A stretch of DNA of 59,005 bases, counting the filler, from Ionaspis alba (lineage: Eukaryota), in assembly GCA_964255285.1 (NCBI GenBank). It is 4 parts of 4 records of this genome, joined end to end, with 100 filler letters (N's around TTAATTAATTAA, not from the genome) between each part and the next. Parts side by side here need not be neighbours in the genome. Positions count along the whole stretch, not along the records: positions 14,800 to 29,495 come from CAXUUL010000406.1; positions 29,596 to 44,277 come from CAXUUL010000407.1; 2 more parts are not named here. One strand, 5' to 3'. The translations under genes were made by a program, and so were the position numbers. Shown here one piece after another: positions 22,111-35,361 of the stretch; the stretch's first letter is position 1, and each line of letters begins with the position of its first letter. Below the pieces are notes generated by a model, which was given only the letters and a program-made list of their open reading frames with translations, ran no database searches and was not told the DNA's origin.

Positions 22111-23298
22111 TTACTGACAGTCTAATGGCGGTACAAGAGCAAGGCGTCTGATGCCTCGAACTTCCTTTGGTTCCATCTTCTCCCTGGCAGACTTCTCTTC
22201 CTCGGTAAGCTCATGATCAGGGAATGTGCAGAGCTTCTAGAACAGAGAATCAGCTTAGCAAATGATACCTCGACAACAGGATGCTTGTAACAACTAGGAC
22301 TAGGCCAGCTTGGACCGTGCTACAACCTTTGGAAGGGCAAGGTAGGCCGACGGCACGTGATTGTAAAGCATCGAGGACATGGCTCATACTTACCACATCC
22401 CTCTCCCAAGACTCCAACATCGGACTCAGACAATGCTGCTCGGCCAAACTCAACGTCTTCTTCTGAGTAGCAATCAGGTAACTATTGAAGAGATTCCACG
22501 GCTCTGGATCGTCTGCGCCTTCGCACTCGCTAGGTGCGAGTTGGTGGAGACTAAGGAAATATTCGGCCTCGCTGACGACTCCCTTCTTACCCACGTACTG
22601 CTCGCCGCCACTGAACCCGTCTGGAGCACCTGCATTGTAGAATAGATCATCGACATCGGTCTCTGAAGCGTCGTACACCTCGCCCTTGCGTACCGCAATC
22701 CTCTTCAGACGATGGATCTTCCACAGCACTATGAGCTTTTCTGCTCCGCCGTCCAAGAGACAGTCTCGAACATCTTCAGGAGCGCGCATATGGGCAGTCT
22801 TCCTTGTGAGAGGGTGTAGGCGATTGAGGAATTGGCGATTAGATAGATTGGCGAGCTGTTCGAAACACTTGACATGATAGTAATCTGGAAAACACCAGCT
22901 TAGCTTAGCATCCTCTCCTAGTCTTCTCAATAGGGAATATCGTCAATGAACGTACCACAAATCTCATCATTCGTCACAACCAGCCACGAATCATGCATAG
23001 TAGGATATAAGGCTATACGGTACTCCATGGGCAAAAGCATCACGCCGCACAAGGGAGCCTTGCACGATTGACCAAAGAGCGTATTTGGCGTGAGTTCAAC
23101 GAAGAAGTAAGGCGGACGACCTTCCGGGCCACCTTCTGATGCACGACCTCTTCCAGCGTCATCGCTCACGCCAATAAAAGAATGTAGTCTTTCCTTCTCG
23201 CGCTCAGTGGGATCTTGGATTTCTTCACCGTCTGGGATCGTGTTCTGGATTTCTAAAGAATCGGCCGCAAAATTGGGAGTAGTGGCAGAGAAGTCCAT
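22111..23298 (-). CDS. Hypothetical protein with PARP-type zinc-finger-like motif, 3 exons
   Basis: FFVELTPN...SCKAPLC...EYRIAL.P...|DYYHVKCFE (C-x4-C...H-x2-C); last exon KLCTFPDHELTEEE...RGIRRLALVPPLDCQ* joined in frame via GTAAGT..CTAG. Confidence 0.65.
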
Positions 23299-24356
23299 GC
23301 TTTATCAAAGAGTGTATTGAAATAGATATTATGCTAAGAGTAACTTCCCACACCAACAATGCAGAGGCCGTGGAGTGACAGATGAAGCAGCTTTTCCACA
23401 ACAAAACATTATCCCTAGCATTGTAATGGAAAGAACGAGGAGTATGAGATTGGGCATTGAGGTGAACTTGGAAGTAGCTCCCGTGTTAACGAGGCCTTTG
23501 GAAGTTACCCCTTACACTCCTCGATAGCTAGATCACGAAGCACGACGTGAATGTTTTCATGACACCAACAAGTGAGTAGAATTGCACGGGTATCATCCAT
23601 AGAGGATGTCGTGTCCTCTATTCGATTATTTCACTAATATGATGGTTCGGACAGAACGCCATACATTAAGAAAGAGTCTTTGCGCCTGTCATCACCGGGC
23701 CTGTATGTAGTTTTCATAGCTGAATGGACAGGAAGAACGCGAGAAAGGAACGGAAAAGTCCCATAAGAGTCTCAAGATGGCTGGCTCTTGGAGAGTACAA
23801 GTCGTCCCCGAGTCAGATGCGACTTTGTTCTTTGGGAGCACCGAATTCCTCGATTGGGAGGCCAGCACCGTTGTCTCCCTTGGTGTCAAACGTCCACTAG
23901 ACCCCCATTGAAGGCAGTTGCTATGATAGGCCACTATCTCCAAGTAGTCCCAACGTTGGCTCGGTGGTGCGGCTCTATTCAAGTCCGAGGTTCTGAGTGA
24001 TGGGCCTTGAAATCTCATTGTTAGACGATGGAAAGCAATCCTCGTCAAATGTTGAGGATTAGCCGATTTTAACGGCATTCAGAGCCGAGGCGAGGTCTTG
24101 GTGGGTTTCCAAGTCCAATGGCATATGTGGCTAGTGATGAGCTAGTCAATAGCACAATAAAATGATCATGGGATAGTGATCTCGGATAGTCAGTTTTGGC
24201 TCAATGCTGGCTCCTGAAAAGAAGAGTTAGATCGGGAAGTAGGAGGATTTGTTTCTGTGAAGAAACAATTTAGCATGCAGCGCCCTGCATATCCTCGACG
24301 CGACTTTGGGACAAACACGTGCTGACAAAGATTCTTGCCCGGCTTTTTCGGTCGAC

Positions 24357-27300
24357 ATGGAGCCGCCTCTATCCCCTCGCACAAGGCCTCGAGAAAAGCC
24401 AACAGGACAAGACCGACCTGAACCAGCGCGACTGCCACAGGTCATGGAAGATTCAGAGATAGCAAGGCACGATTTCGAAGATTCGCCTTCTCCAGATGAC
24501 ATCCCGCCCAATTCCATGAATGCTGGCCACGAGCCAAGCTATTATGAAGACACAAGATCATCTGTGCAATTCACACCAACCTCGACGCTCGAGAATTTCA
24601 CTCCTGTCACGGGATTCTCATCAGCTCAGTCATCATGGAATCCAAGTCAGACAAGACCCAGACAAGGAAGTTCCGGAGGAATAGGTGACAATTTTGATGG
24701 TCCGGCATCAATCACTGGCACCGCGAGTCCCCGTCCTCAAAGACCTACTGCGCCCATACGAACACCATCGAATACTTACAATCCACAACGGAAACCTCCT
24801 CAGTTCATTTCTCTCCACGCTAATAGACAACGATCCTCCTCAAACACCCGCGGACGGCGTGATCCCAATGCCCAATATCGAGCACAGGAGAAGGCATACA
24901 TACAACAGCTACGACAAGACCGAGGCAACGAATACTTCAATGCCGAATCCTACACACCAAGTCTCGAGTTCAGCACAGACTCCGATCCAGACGACGATTC
25001 ACCCAATTCCGAACTTCACTTTGAGAACGATAACTACGACCAAGATACCCAACTGTTTTATAACAACGATGAGATATTACCTTCTTCGGAAGAGCTTCAG
25101 GTACCAGAGAACAGGGAGCGGCTCGAATGGCATTCTATGTTGGCTTCCGTTCTCAAAGGGGACGTCGTCAAGCAAGAGAAGCAGCGGTTGATCGGGACAA
25201 CAGAGTCGAAAGGAGACAAAGGGCTGAAAACCGAGATATGGATGGGTGTTCGAGCTAGAGTTTGCGGGCGAAGTGTGGCTGCACAGAAGCGAATGATCGA
25301 GGAAGGAAGGGCAAGGATTGGTACAGATATCGAGGCCATCATAGCCTTCGAGATCAAGGGCGAGACAGAAGTGGGAAAGCCTGCGATGAAGCAGGTACAA
25401 GATGTTGTCGAGCAGATCGAGCGATGCGAGAGTCTCTATCCTACGCACTCAGCGCTTGAAGAGGCGATACCTCGAGCTGGCTCCGACGCTTTCAAGACAA
25501 GCTGCAACGCTGTTATAGCCTGGCACAATACTACGCAGCTCATCAATACGGAGCTGGCTATTCTGCAGGGCTGGGTCGGAAATGAAGAGCTTGACTTCGG
25601 AAGGGTTAGGAACCCCTCGCCCAGCGGAGCTGGTCTCACAGACGATTCGTCATTTCTCGACCGGATCTTGAAAGAAGATGGCTTGAAGTCACTCCAAGGC
25701 GGACATAGTATGCTACTTGGAGTCGCAGAAGTCATTCGAAAAGCCAAAATCTCCTTGATTGAGAATGCCGAGTTGTTCGCCCAACGACATCTGCCTCCAT
25801 ATATTGAGGAGCTTCTGACCCTGATCAATTTTCCGTCCCGTCTCATTCAAGAAATCATTCGGATGCGGCTGCAGTATGCTCGAAAGATGAAAGACCCGGC
25901 TCAGCAAGGTCTCATGATGGCGGAGCAGATCATTTCACAATTCCAAATCTTGCTCAATCTTGCGGTGCGAATAAAGCAGGAATACACGGATGTCTCCCAG
26001 CCCGAGCCGGGTTGGGACTTACCTCCCTGTATAGATGAGAACTTCGACCTCGTGGTTCTCGATGCATTAAAATTCTACTTCAAGATGCTCAACTCTAAAC
26101 TGGTACTGAACAAAAACACGTTCAAAGAGGCTGAGATTCTAGAGCAAGAATGGGATTTTTGCAACGAGATCGGACGATACCTTGATGGGGGCGATGTGGA
26201 AGTCGCCGAGCAATTTAGCAGTTTGACAGCTAAATCCCTGCAGCGGTTGACATCCCATTTCGAGCGAGAATTGCAAAGAAGACCGGAAGAGAATGCGCTC
26301 GAGATGGACAAACGTTACAAGCAGATTCTGGACTCTGTGCGAGTTCGGCAGAGAAAGCTCTTCAGGTTCTCGAAGCTGCTGGGCCAGCGATTCGAGAATG
26401 CTACCGAGTACAATATCAACCTACCACGCAATCAATTACTCGAACTCTTCGAGGCTCTGATCGGATCAGGTCATTTCCTCATCTACAATGTTACTATCGA
26501 ACTTAGCAACGTCTTCCTCATTGCGTCGCCGACGCTGTACGATCGGCCTCGCGAGATCCAATCAATCCTTGGTACATCCTTCCATGCTGAAGATGCTATG
26601 GAAGATCCTTCCAATCCATACATACTCATCTTACGACCTGAGGAAGAGCTGTATTGGGAAGGGAAAAGAATGGACGTCGAACTTCGAGCACTGTCTATGG
26701 ACATTCGACCTGGACGGCTTCGTCTGGTGGCTGACGGATCTCAGCAACGGTTGCAGAATGCAAGGATCACTTTCGCTCAATCAACTGGGGTCCAGCTTGA
26801 CATTCTGACAGAGTTACGAGCTAATCTGGGGCGAGTCAATGTCGAACTTGGAAAGATCAAAAAGACCACCTACAAACTCTCCAATACCATCATGGAAAGC
26901 GTGGAGATCATACGCAAACAGACAGGTGGTTTAGACAACCAAGAATTGATCCAAACCTGCTTTGCCTTTGCAACAGAGTTTGGCAAACGGTCCCTAGGTT
27001 ACATGGATGTTAATCGGCGGATGATGAACAACCTCAAGCTTACAAGGCTAGCCTTGGATTGGGTGAGCTTCATCTGCGATGATTGTATTGCTTCGGACCG
27101 AAAGACATTCAGATGGGCTGTCGTTGCGCTCGAATTCGCTATGGCCATGACCCGAGGTCCCAATATCCTATCCATTACAGACGATGAATTTACAAGACTA
27201 AGGATGAAAGTAGCTGGGTGCATGTCGCTCTTGATCTCGCACTTCGATATTATGGGCGCACGATCGACTCTCGCCGCTCAAGCCGAGATGCAAAGACTGG

Positions 27301-28544
27301 AAGCTCTCACGGGCCAGCTGCGAAAGATGGATATCAGCAAGATGAAGAACGATGCCGAAGCCTCTGCCTATGTAAGAGCGCAGTGGTGCGAGAAGCTTTG
27401 CGAGATTGATGAAGTGCGAAAGCAAAAAGAAGCTGAACGGCAGGCTCTGGGTCGTGTACTGGAAGATTCCAATGACGCTGATCGCTCACTGATCTCTCTT
27501 TCTATGTTCGCAACGAACGTCACTCTCCGCTGGCAACAGGGACAATTCGTCGGCGGCGGAACCTTCGGCTCCGTCTACGCAGCCATCAATCTCGACTCCG
27601 GGCATCTCATGGCCGTTAAAGAAATCAGATTGCAGGACCCTCAACTCGTACCCACTATCGCGGGACAAATCCGCGACGAAATGGGCGTGCTCGAAGTGCT
27701 CGACCATCCCAACATCGTATCATACTACGGCATCGAAGTCCACCGCGACAAAGTCTACATCTTCATGGAATACTGTTCCGGGGGCTCCCTCGCCAACCTC
27801 CTCGAGCACGGACGCATCGAAGACGAAACCGTAGTCCAGGTGTACGCGCTGCAGATGCTGGAAGGACTCGCCTACCTCCACGCAAGCGGGATCGTGCACC
27901 GGGACATCAAGCCTGAAAGTTAGCTGCCCATCCTTTCCTCCTTTCCATCCCTTCGCAGTGCTAATGAAAATATTCCAGACATCCTCCTCGACCACAACGG
28001 CATAATCAAGTACGTCGACTTCGGCGCCGCCAAAATCATCGCCCGCCAAGGCAAAACCCTCGCCGCCGACCCCTCTAACCACGGCCCCGCCGCCCGCGCT
28101 CCGGGGAAACAAAAATCCATGACCGGAACCCCCATGTACATGTCCCCCGAAGTGATCAAAGGCCAAAACGAAGGCCGGCAAGGCGCCATCGACGTCTGGT
28201 CCCTCGGATGCGTGATCCTCGAAATGGCGACTGGACGCCGTCCCTGGGCGAGTCTGGACAACGAGTGGGCGATCATGTATAATATTGCGCAGGGAAATCC
28301 GCCGCAGTTGCCAACGCGCGAGCAGTTGTCGGGAGAGGGGATTGAGTTTTTGAAGAGGTGCTTCGAGAGGGATCCGAGGCGCAGAGCGACGGCTGCGGAG
28401 CTGTTGCAGTGTGAGTGGATTGTGAGGATTCGACAGCAGGTTGCGCTGGGCGGGGAGAGTGATTTGACGCCTGGGAGTGAGAGTGGGAGTGGGGGGAGTC
28501 AGTCGGGGTGGAATACGAGGCAGAATAGTCAGAGTTTTGGGTGA
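24357..28544 (+). CDS. SSK2: HOG-pathway MAP kinase kinase kinase (Ssk2/Ssk22/OS-4/SskB), 2 coding exons
   Basis: NRERLEWHSMLASVLKGDVV N-terminal signature; kinase motifs GGGTFGSVY, MAVKEI, HRDIKPE|NILL, YVDFGAA, MTGTPMYMSPE, DVWSLGC; intron about 27919-27978. Confidence 0.96.
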
Positions 28545-28999
28545 GGGGTTGGGGGAAGTGAAGAGAGGGTTGCAATGCTGCGGGTATTGCTGTTTCGATT
28601 ATTTCGCTTCTTGTTTTTTCTTCTTGGTTCTCGTCAGATTTCTTGGCTTTTTTGTTGGGCATATGACAGCTTGCTTGTGGTCAGAAGGAAACTGTTGATT
28701 TTTTTGGGGGCAGGGAGGGAGTGATACCCATTGCAGTACACGAGTGAGGGCATCAGCGATGGCGTTTGATGGGCAACAGCATGGAAACACATTTTGCGAG
28801 CTTCAGCTGATCTAGCGCTTTGCTGGTTAGTAACAGAGCAGGTGGGCACCTTCTGCCTATGTATATCATTTGTAATTCATAAAATCTTGTATTTGATTTC
28901 ATGATCTTGTGCCTAGCTTCGATGTGCCATGTCAAGCCACAGAAAATCATTCCATCCTTACATCCTCATTCTCACGTAGCCTGAAGCTCGAAATATTGC

Positions 29000-29495
29000 T
29001 TATATCATCAACCTCTCAACCTGATCCTTCAACGCCCGAATCTGTCCCATCAAATCACTGGCCTCGTTCGTCGTAATACTCGCTGCAATTACTGCACGAG
29101 ACACTCCACACGCGCGCCCAAGTGCTGCCTTGCTGGGAACATAGACGTAAGGTGTATTCTTGTCCTCGGCTAGGAGCGGAAGGTGGAGGAGGATAGCTAG
29201 GGGAGCGGTATCTATAACGTCGGGTCAGATGGAGCCTTTTTCGGTCGAGGGAAGCACACTCGACGTACCTGCGGCGAGGATGACAATTTCTGAAATACCG
29301 CGGTTTAGGGTCTTCGTCGCTGTTGTAGTCATAAGCAATCAGCCTATGGACCTTTCTTCTTATTTTGAGAGCGGGAGTCTGCGACTAACCCTCGTTTGCG
29401 CCTTTCTTGAGCTGACGGTAGTGAGAGGCTTGTTGGACGAGGTCGAGGATGGTTTGCGTAAGAGCTTGGTCGGCGATGGGCCATGCTGAAGGTGA
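29000..29495 (-). CDS. SNU13: Snu13/15.5K L7Ae K-turn-binding protein, 5'-truncated at contig edge, 2 introns
   Basis: Spliced [96 protein letters not shown]...VERLMI*. Confidence 0.96.
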
Positions 29496-29595
29496 NNNNN
29501 NNNNNNNNNNNNNNNNNNNNNNNNNNNNNNNNNNNNNNNTTAATTAATTAANNNNNNNNNNNNNNNNNNNNNNNNNNNNNNNNNNNNNNNNNNNN
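29496..29595. other. Artificial contig linker N44-TTAATTAATTAA-N44
   Basis: Same linker as at 14700. Confidence 0.97.
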
Positions 29596-29708
29596 CCTGA
29601 AGTCATCGACCAGTTGCAAAGCATCTCATATCCAGAACGCCATCGCTCAGAGCAAGTCCTCCCCTTGCAAAACCCACTCACGTAATCCCCTGCGTATCTG
29701 AAGTCCCC

Positions 29709-32700
29709 TCAAAGCACCTCAACAACCCGCTCCTGATACCTCTCTCGCACAAACCCAACAGCCTGCTGGATTCCATGCCAGGCCTGCGGCACCCGATCCT
29801 TGAGCATAGCCATAACAACAAACAGAAGCAGCGGAATCTATAGCACCACATTAGCCACAACCTCAAAACACCGCCAACACCATCGCAAGACTTACCCAAA
29901 TAAAGAAAAGATTCCGATCACTCCTCAACTTCTTAACCTTCCTCGCATGCGCCGACCTCAACTCCTCCTGCTGCGTCACCATCCCCCCTTCGCCTTTCGT
30001 CGAGCTCTCTGCCCGCACCCCATCAAACTCAACAGCACATTTCTGATCCTCCGCAGCATCGGCCGCAGCACGCGCCGCAGACGCCGTCTTCGTATCCAAA
30101 TCCTCCTGGCTCTTCGCAGGATAAATCTCCTCATACGGCGGCGGCGAGGAGGCAGCCGTGCCAGTCAAGAGCTCCCACCAGCGATACTCGCCTTCCTTGC
30201 TGTCAGGGCCCGAGGTACTGGGACGAGGGCTGCGTTGTGGGACTAGGGAGCTGAAGCGGCGGATCATGCCGTGGTTTTGGTAGTCCGGCAGATTCGGCAT
30301 GGGCGGTAAGGTCGGTATTTGGAGGTTTGGTAGAGCCCAGTTGACGCTTTGCTGGAAGTGCTGGATCTGTGCTGCCAGTTGGTCGCGCCAGGCTGTCATT
30401 GCTGCGGCCGGGGAAAGCATGCCGGCTGATTCGGGCATTTGTGGCGGTTGGTTCAGGACTGGGAAGGGTGGTTTGAGGGCGTTGCTGTTATGCCTGGATC
30501 TTTGCAGAGCTTGTGCAGGAGTAGGGAGCGCTCGAGACCTCATTTCCGATCTGCGTGAATACTGAGAGCCCTCGTCTTCGCTTTCATCGGCAGATGAATC
30601 GTCAATGCTCAGTGAGGCGAAGTCTGAAGGAGGATCCCAGAGCGATCGTAATGATGTGGCGCTACTGCCACGACTGTAGAGAAGGCGCGAACGATTGCTG
30701 GCACTTCTGGAGCGTGAGTCGTGAGATAATGTTTGGACTGCGTCGATGACACCCCGCGATGATGCCATATCTGCAGGTGTGAAGCCTAGCAGACTTCGCA
30801 GCGTCGAGTCACCTCCAGCTAATCGAAGTCTTCGGATGATGTTGGAATGGCCGTGCAGTGCCGCCATATGCATTGGCGACATGCCATTCCTATCTCGAAG
30901 ATCTGGATTTGCTCCTCTTGCAAGCAGCCCAGCGACGAGACGATGGAAACCCAATGAAGCACTGAGGTGGAGCATGCTCTGTCCATTCGATCGCCGAAGG
31001 TTGAATTGTGCTTGGAACGGGCTATCATCCAGGTCGATGAGATCTAGACATTTGAGCACAGTAGTCTCGACGTCCATAGCGTTGACTAAACTTGACTGCA
31101 AAGCTGAGGCTTGACGGTGGTGTTCACCTCCACGATTGGTACCGCCATTCCAAGACCCAGCTCCATTGGGTTGAGCGTTGATGATTCTGCGAGCAATATC
31201 TCCCGCATCTTCGATCGTCCCCGTCATCTTTTGATGGACCAGAAGTAGAGCATGTTTCAGAAGTTCAGACTCGTCGTCGTCAACATACTTAAATAGGATT
31301 TGCTGTTTTGGTACTTGTGGTGAAGGATACCGCGCCATCTGGAGCTGCTGCTGATACTGATGCTTGAAGGTAACAGCAACAGTCCCTGCACGAATTGCCG
31401 GTGGCAGAAGACAGACAAGAGACGCTTCACTCCAGTACGTGGTAGTGGTCGCAAGAGAATCTCCAAACATGACCTCAAGGCCCTGAGAAAAGCCGCTACC
31501 CAAACAAGTAACCTCAATTCCACCGGCTTTGGGTCCCTCAGTCGGACAGAGTTTGTGAATAGTGGGCGGCCGCTGTGGAGGTGCGACACTTGAGGGACTA
31601 AACGCAGAATTCGTCTGCATTGAATGGTTCGGAGGCATAACGTTGATAGCAGTCTGGGCCCCTGAATTAGGGCTTCCGGCTCGACTAGCGTGTGCGGAGT
31701 TTGGAGCTGAGAACATTTGCTGCACCGCTGAAAGATTCTCCAAACTTTGGGATCTGTTTGCCGCAGAGAAGCCGCCATTTTCCATGCTACCGGGGGTTGG
31801 TGGTCCGCCGAAGTTTTGTGGCAGCCGGTTGTTGATTGTGCCATACGATCGTTCTTGCATGCCATTCAAGGATGGAAAAGTTGGTGCGAACGGTGAGGTC
31901 CCAGCTGGCGAAGTGGGATTTGAGGTAGCAGATGTCCAGCTCGGATTGTGTGCATGTGAACCAGATGCACCTTGTATCCTCGTCATTGTGAGCCCATCTG
32001 GTAGTCGACCAGAGCTGCTGGCTTTCCGCTTCTTCTGCATCGGGCCTGGTTGAGCAGATGGCGATGCTTGTCGAGATCGATTCTGTGGTGTCAGCGTAGT
32101 CGAGGTATTTTGTGAGGAATTGATGGGAGAGGCGAATGGATTCATGACTTGTGATCCGAATTGAGGATTGTAATTGTTTCGTAGCCCTTGAAGATCGGTA
32201 GTTGAATGAGCATTTCGATACAAGGCCGAACCGTAGTTCTCCAGTGACTCTCGCCCAAAGACTCCACCAGGTAGTTGTGCTTGATCTGCATACATCGGGC
32301 CAAGAGGAGGAATCACGGAAGGAGGAGCATGAGTTTTATGGTCGTCCGTGATCACGATGGGACTGGTCATAGCTTGAGCGATTAGATTGTCTTGATAATC
32401 TTTAATGGTAAAGATGACCCTAGCGGCATGTCAGCTATGATCATTTTGACAGGATCATGTAACATACTGAAATCCAAGCTTCTCATTCTGATGTCGGCAG
32501 TAACACGCGATACGCATCGGTACCTCAATCTGTTTTGCATTGTCTGGCGGAAGTGAAGTCGAGCCAGGTATCACCTGTCGAGGTTCGTCCGAAGCATCAC
32601 CAGTATTAGGGACAGAAGGGCTCTGCCACTCCTTCACTTCCGTAGTATTAAAAACCACGATTCTTCTTGCTTCATCTCTTTGCCACGGCTCCTCTTCCTC

Positions 32701-34110
32701 GGGCTTCTTTGACTTCTTCCTTGCTGCACGCTTACGCTCTCTGGTTATGCAGCCAACACAGATGTTGACTTCACCGCCGTTCAGAGGTTGGTTCTCTTCA
32801 TCGACTACGGAGCTTGTATCTCCGGAGGACGATCGTCTACCTTCTTCCCTCTTCTCGCCTCCGGTCGACTGAGCAGCGCGATTTAAGGCTCGTCGCATCT
32901 TGACAGGATCTTGCATTGCACTCGTACAAACCAGCATCGTACCAAGTTCCAGAGTATCCGGTGCCTTTGTGTGTGGAGGTTTTGCCAGGAGCTTTGGTTT
33001 GGATATCGTATGAGGCGGTAGATGAAGCTTAGCAATTCCTTCCGGCATAGGATAAAGTGTCATCTTGATCGGTATCTGCGTTTCTACTCGAGATTTATTT
33101 GGTGTCGGATGGAGTAACAGAGTGGGTGCCATTGGTGGAGTATGCCGTGTCTTGCTTGTAGCAATAGGTGATATAGCTGACTTAGGGATTGAAACCGGGA
33201 CAATGCTTGAGACTGGTGCCGTTGTCGGATGTGGGCCGTCTGTACCATACGGCCATGTCGAAAGCTGTTCCATACCACTCAGCATTGCACCGTCTATGTA
33301 TTCTTCGTTAGAACTGGCTCGTGAGCTGTGCGAGGTTTGCAAGGATGGAGGCTGAAAGTCAGATGGAATCATCGTCGATAGAGGGGAGGTTTCTCGAGTC
33401 GCCTGTTGGCGAGAACTTAGTACTTCCTCCATATCCATGTTCAGGGTCGGCCAACTCACTCCGAGATACATGTCATGAGGGGTGAGACTTGGAGCAGATC
33501 GAGGTGATGCTCGATAAGGAATGGCTATATGTCGAGGTCCGGAATAGGCAGCTGCGCCTGAGCTGAGCAATGGACTGGGACTGCTCGCAGCACTGTCGAA
33601 ATCGAAGTCGTTCTCCATAGCCCGGTTACTGAAATCGAAACTCTCGTAGTTGACAGGGCTAGGTCCGGCGAAATCGAAAGAAGTTTGTCTTTCACTTGCT
33701 GTGGTTTGGTGTCCTTTCCGCCCGTCAGGTTGCGAGCTCTCTGTCATTGTAACATCGGTTCTTGGGAGCCTTGAGCGGGAGGATCTCGAAGACGACTTCC
33801 GCTTGTGCCTTCCCGAGGAATCAGAGGAGGAGTCTTGTAGCGAGCTTTCTGGGGAGACCGAAAGGTTGTGGCCGCTATCAGCTGGGGTCGAATTGGGTTC
33901 GATCTTCCGTACCTTCATAGGCATTGGTGATGGGTATGGGGAAGTCGTCAAGGCATCGTCTCCAAACAGACGACCTGGGGAGTCTTGTGGAAGCGCCGAA
34001 CTGAAAAAGAAGTCGGTATCTTGCATCGAGTCCGCCATCTCGGAGTCAAATATTTGAGGAGAGTCGAGACCAGGCAGCGAAGCAGGAAAAGGATCTGCCG
34101 TGGAATTCAT
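29709..34110 (-). CDS. MGA2: ER membrane-tethered transcription factor Spt23/Mga2 (IPT/TIG, ankyrin repeats, PY motif, C-terminal TM), multi-exon
   Basis: KSRVETQIPI, RIACYCRHQNEKLGF, TSPIVITDDHK, IPT PTEGPKAGGIEVTCLGSGF, ankyrin GQSMLHLSA..G, PPPYEEIYP, KLRSDRNLFFIW|IPLLLFVV. Confidence 0.94.
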
Positions 34111-35361
34111 GGCAAATTATAGTGGTGACGGCGATCCCTTTTTGGACTTATTTAGCAAGTGCTGTGAAGGGCCTCAAGCGCAGACTGGTAGCTTATCACT
34201 GCGACGAGTTAGGATGCTGTATCGGAGGAGGCGACGTAGGGTAAGGTTCACACCAACCCTGCTAAATTTCGAGCAAGTCCGCGATGCGGTCTGCTATTGC
34301 CAGTGAGACATGCGAAGACTGGGAAATGAAGAGCAAATGGAGTAAGAGGGGAAGTGAGCTTGTGGCACAGAAAGGAGGTAACACTGCGTCTATGTGTGGT
34401 GTATGTCGGCGTGGTGGAGGAGTCGAATGAGGTTCTCCGACAAAGGCAGATGCAGGCGAAAGCGCCAAGGAAATCGAAGGCCACTAGGACCCTCACTGAC
34501 TCGACTTCTCCGCAAAACGCACCGTTGCTGGAACCCTCGACCATTCAACCCAGCACACTATCCTTTCCGCCCACGGCACCATCCGGAGTTTCGCCGATAT
34601 GATGAAGAGTCTGCACTTTCATTACCTAAAATTTTAGACCACGATTGGAGCAATGCAGAGACAAGGCATAGTCCTATCGGATTTGTTCAAGATGGAGGGT
34701 CATCACCATGCAAATTATCCTCCATCTTTTCCTAGAAGATGAAAGGTAGCTGCTGGAATATACTGCCTCCAGACGCCATGCCAATGCAGAGACAGAGTTT
34801 TCACAATCATCTTCACGACGCAACCTCCGGCGTTGTTAGCCGGAATAGAATTGATAGGGATGGGGACACATCTGTCTCCTTGTCGCTGGAATCCCTACTA
34901 TCCAACCACTGCTATATTGGGAGCATTTCCTGCATACCACCCCACTGGGGTCGCTTTGACGTGCTCTAACCCTCGCTAGCCCTATCAATTCATCTGCACG
35001 TCGTCAATTATTCGGCGCCACTCCCTAATGTTGCCGATCACCACACTGCTAGCATCCACAAGAAAAGATTTTGCGTCTACTGATTTCACACCCAGCGGAG
35101 TTTTCTTGTTTTTGACGTTGGACTTACTGAAGAATTCACGACAGAGCATGAGCTAATAGCCAGGGGTCTATAATCTATATGCCAAGGATCTATGATTTGC
35201 TTGGTCCCTTATCGAGCCATTCAAACCATCGGACGATCTACAGTCCTAGCCGGACATCTATTCACATCTGTCGGAGAATTCGGCAAACCAATATGCACAT
35301 ATCCTAGCTTTCCAGATATATACACTGTTTTTGTTTCTTTTGCAATCTCCCACTCCCTTGC

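Noticed and set aside
10181..28544. Apparent HOG-pathway cluster (NIK1 plus SSK2)
   Set aside because: The genes lie on different contigs separated by the artificial linker at 14700-14799, so proximity is an artefact of size-sorted concatenation
29212..29268. Alternative short hairpins in SNU13 intron 2 (GTCGAG/CTCGAC; ACGTCG/CGACGT) as an autoregulatory K-turn
   Set aside because: Only 6-bp stems and no clear tandem G-A K-turn geometry; expected by chance
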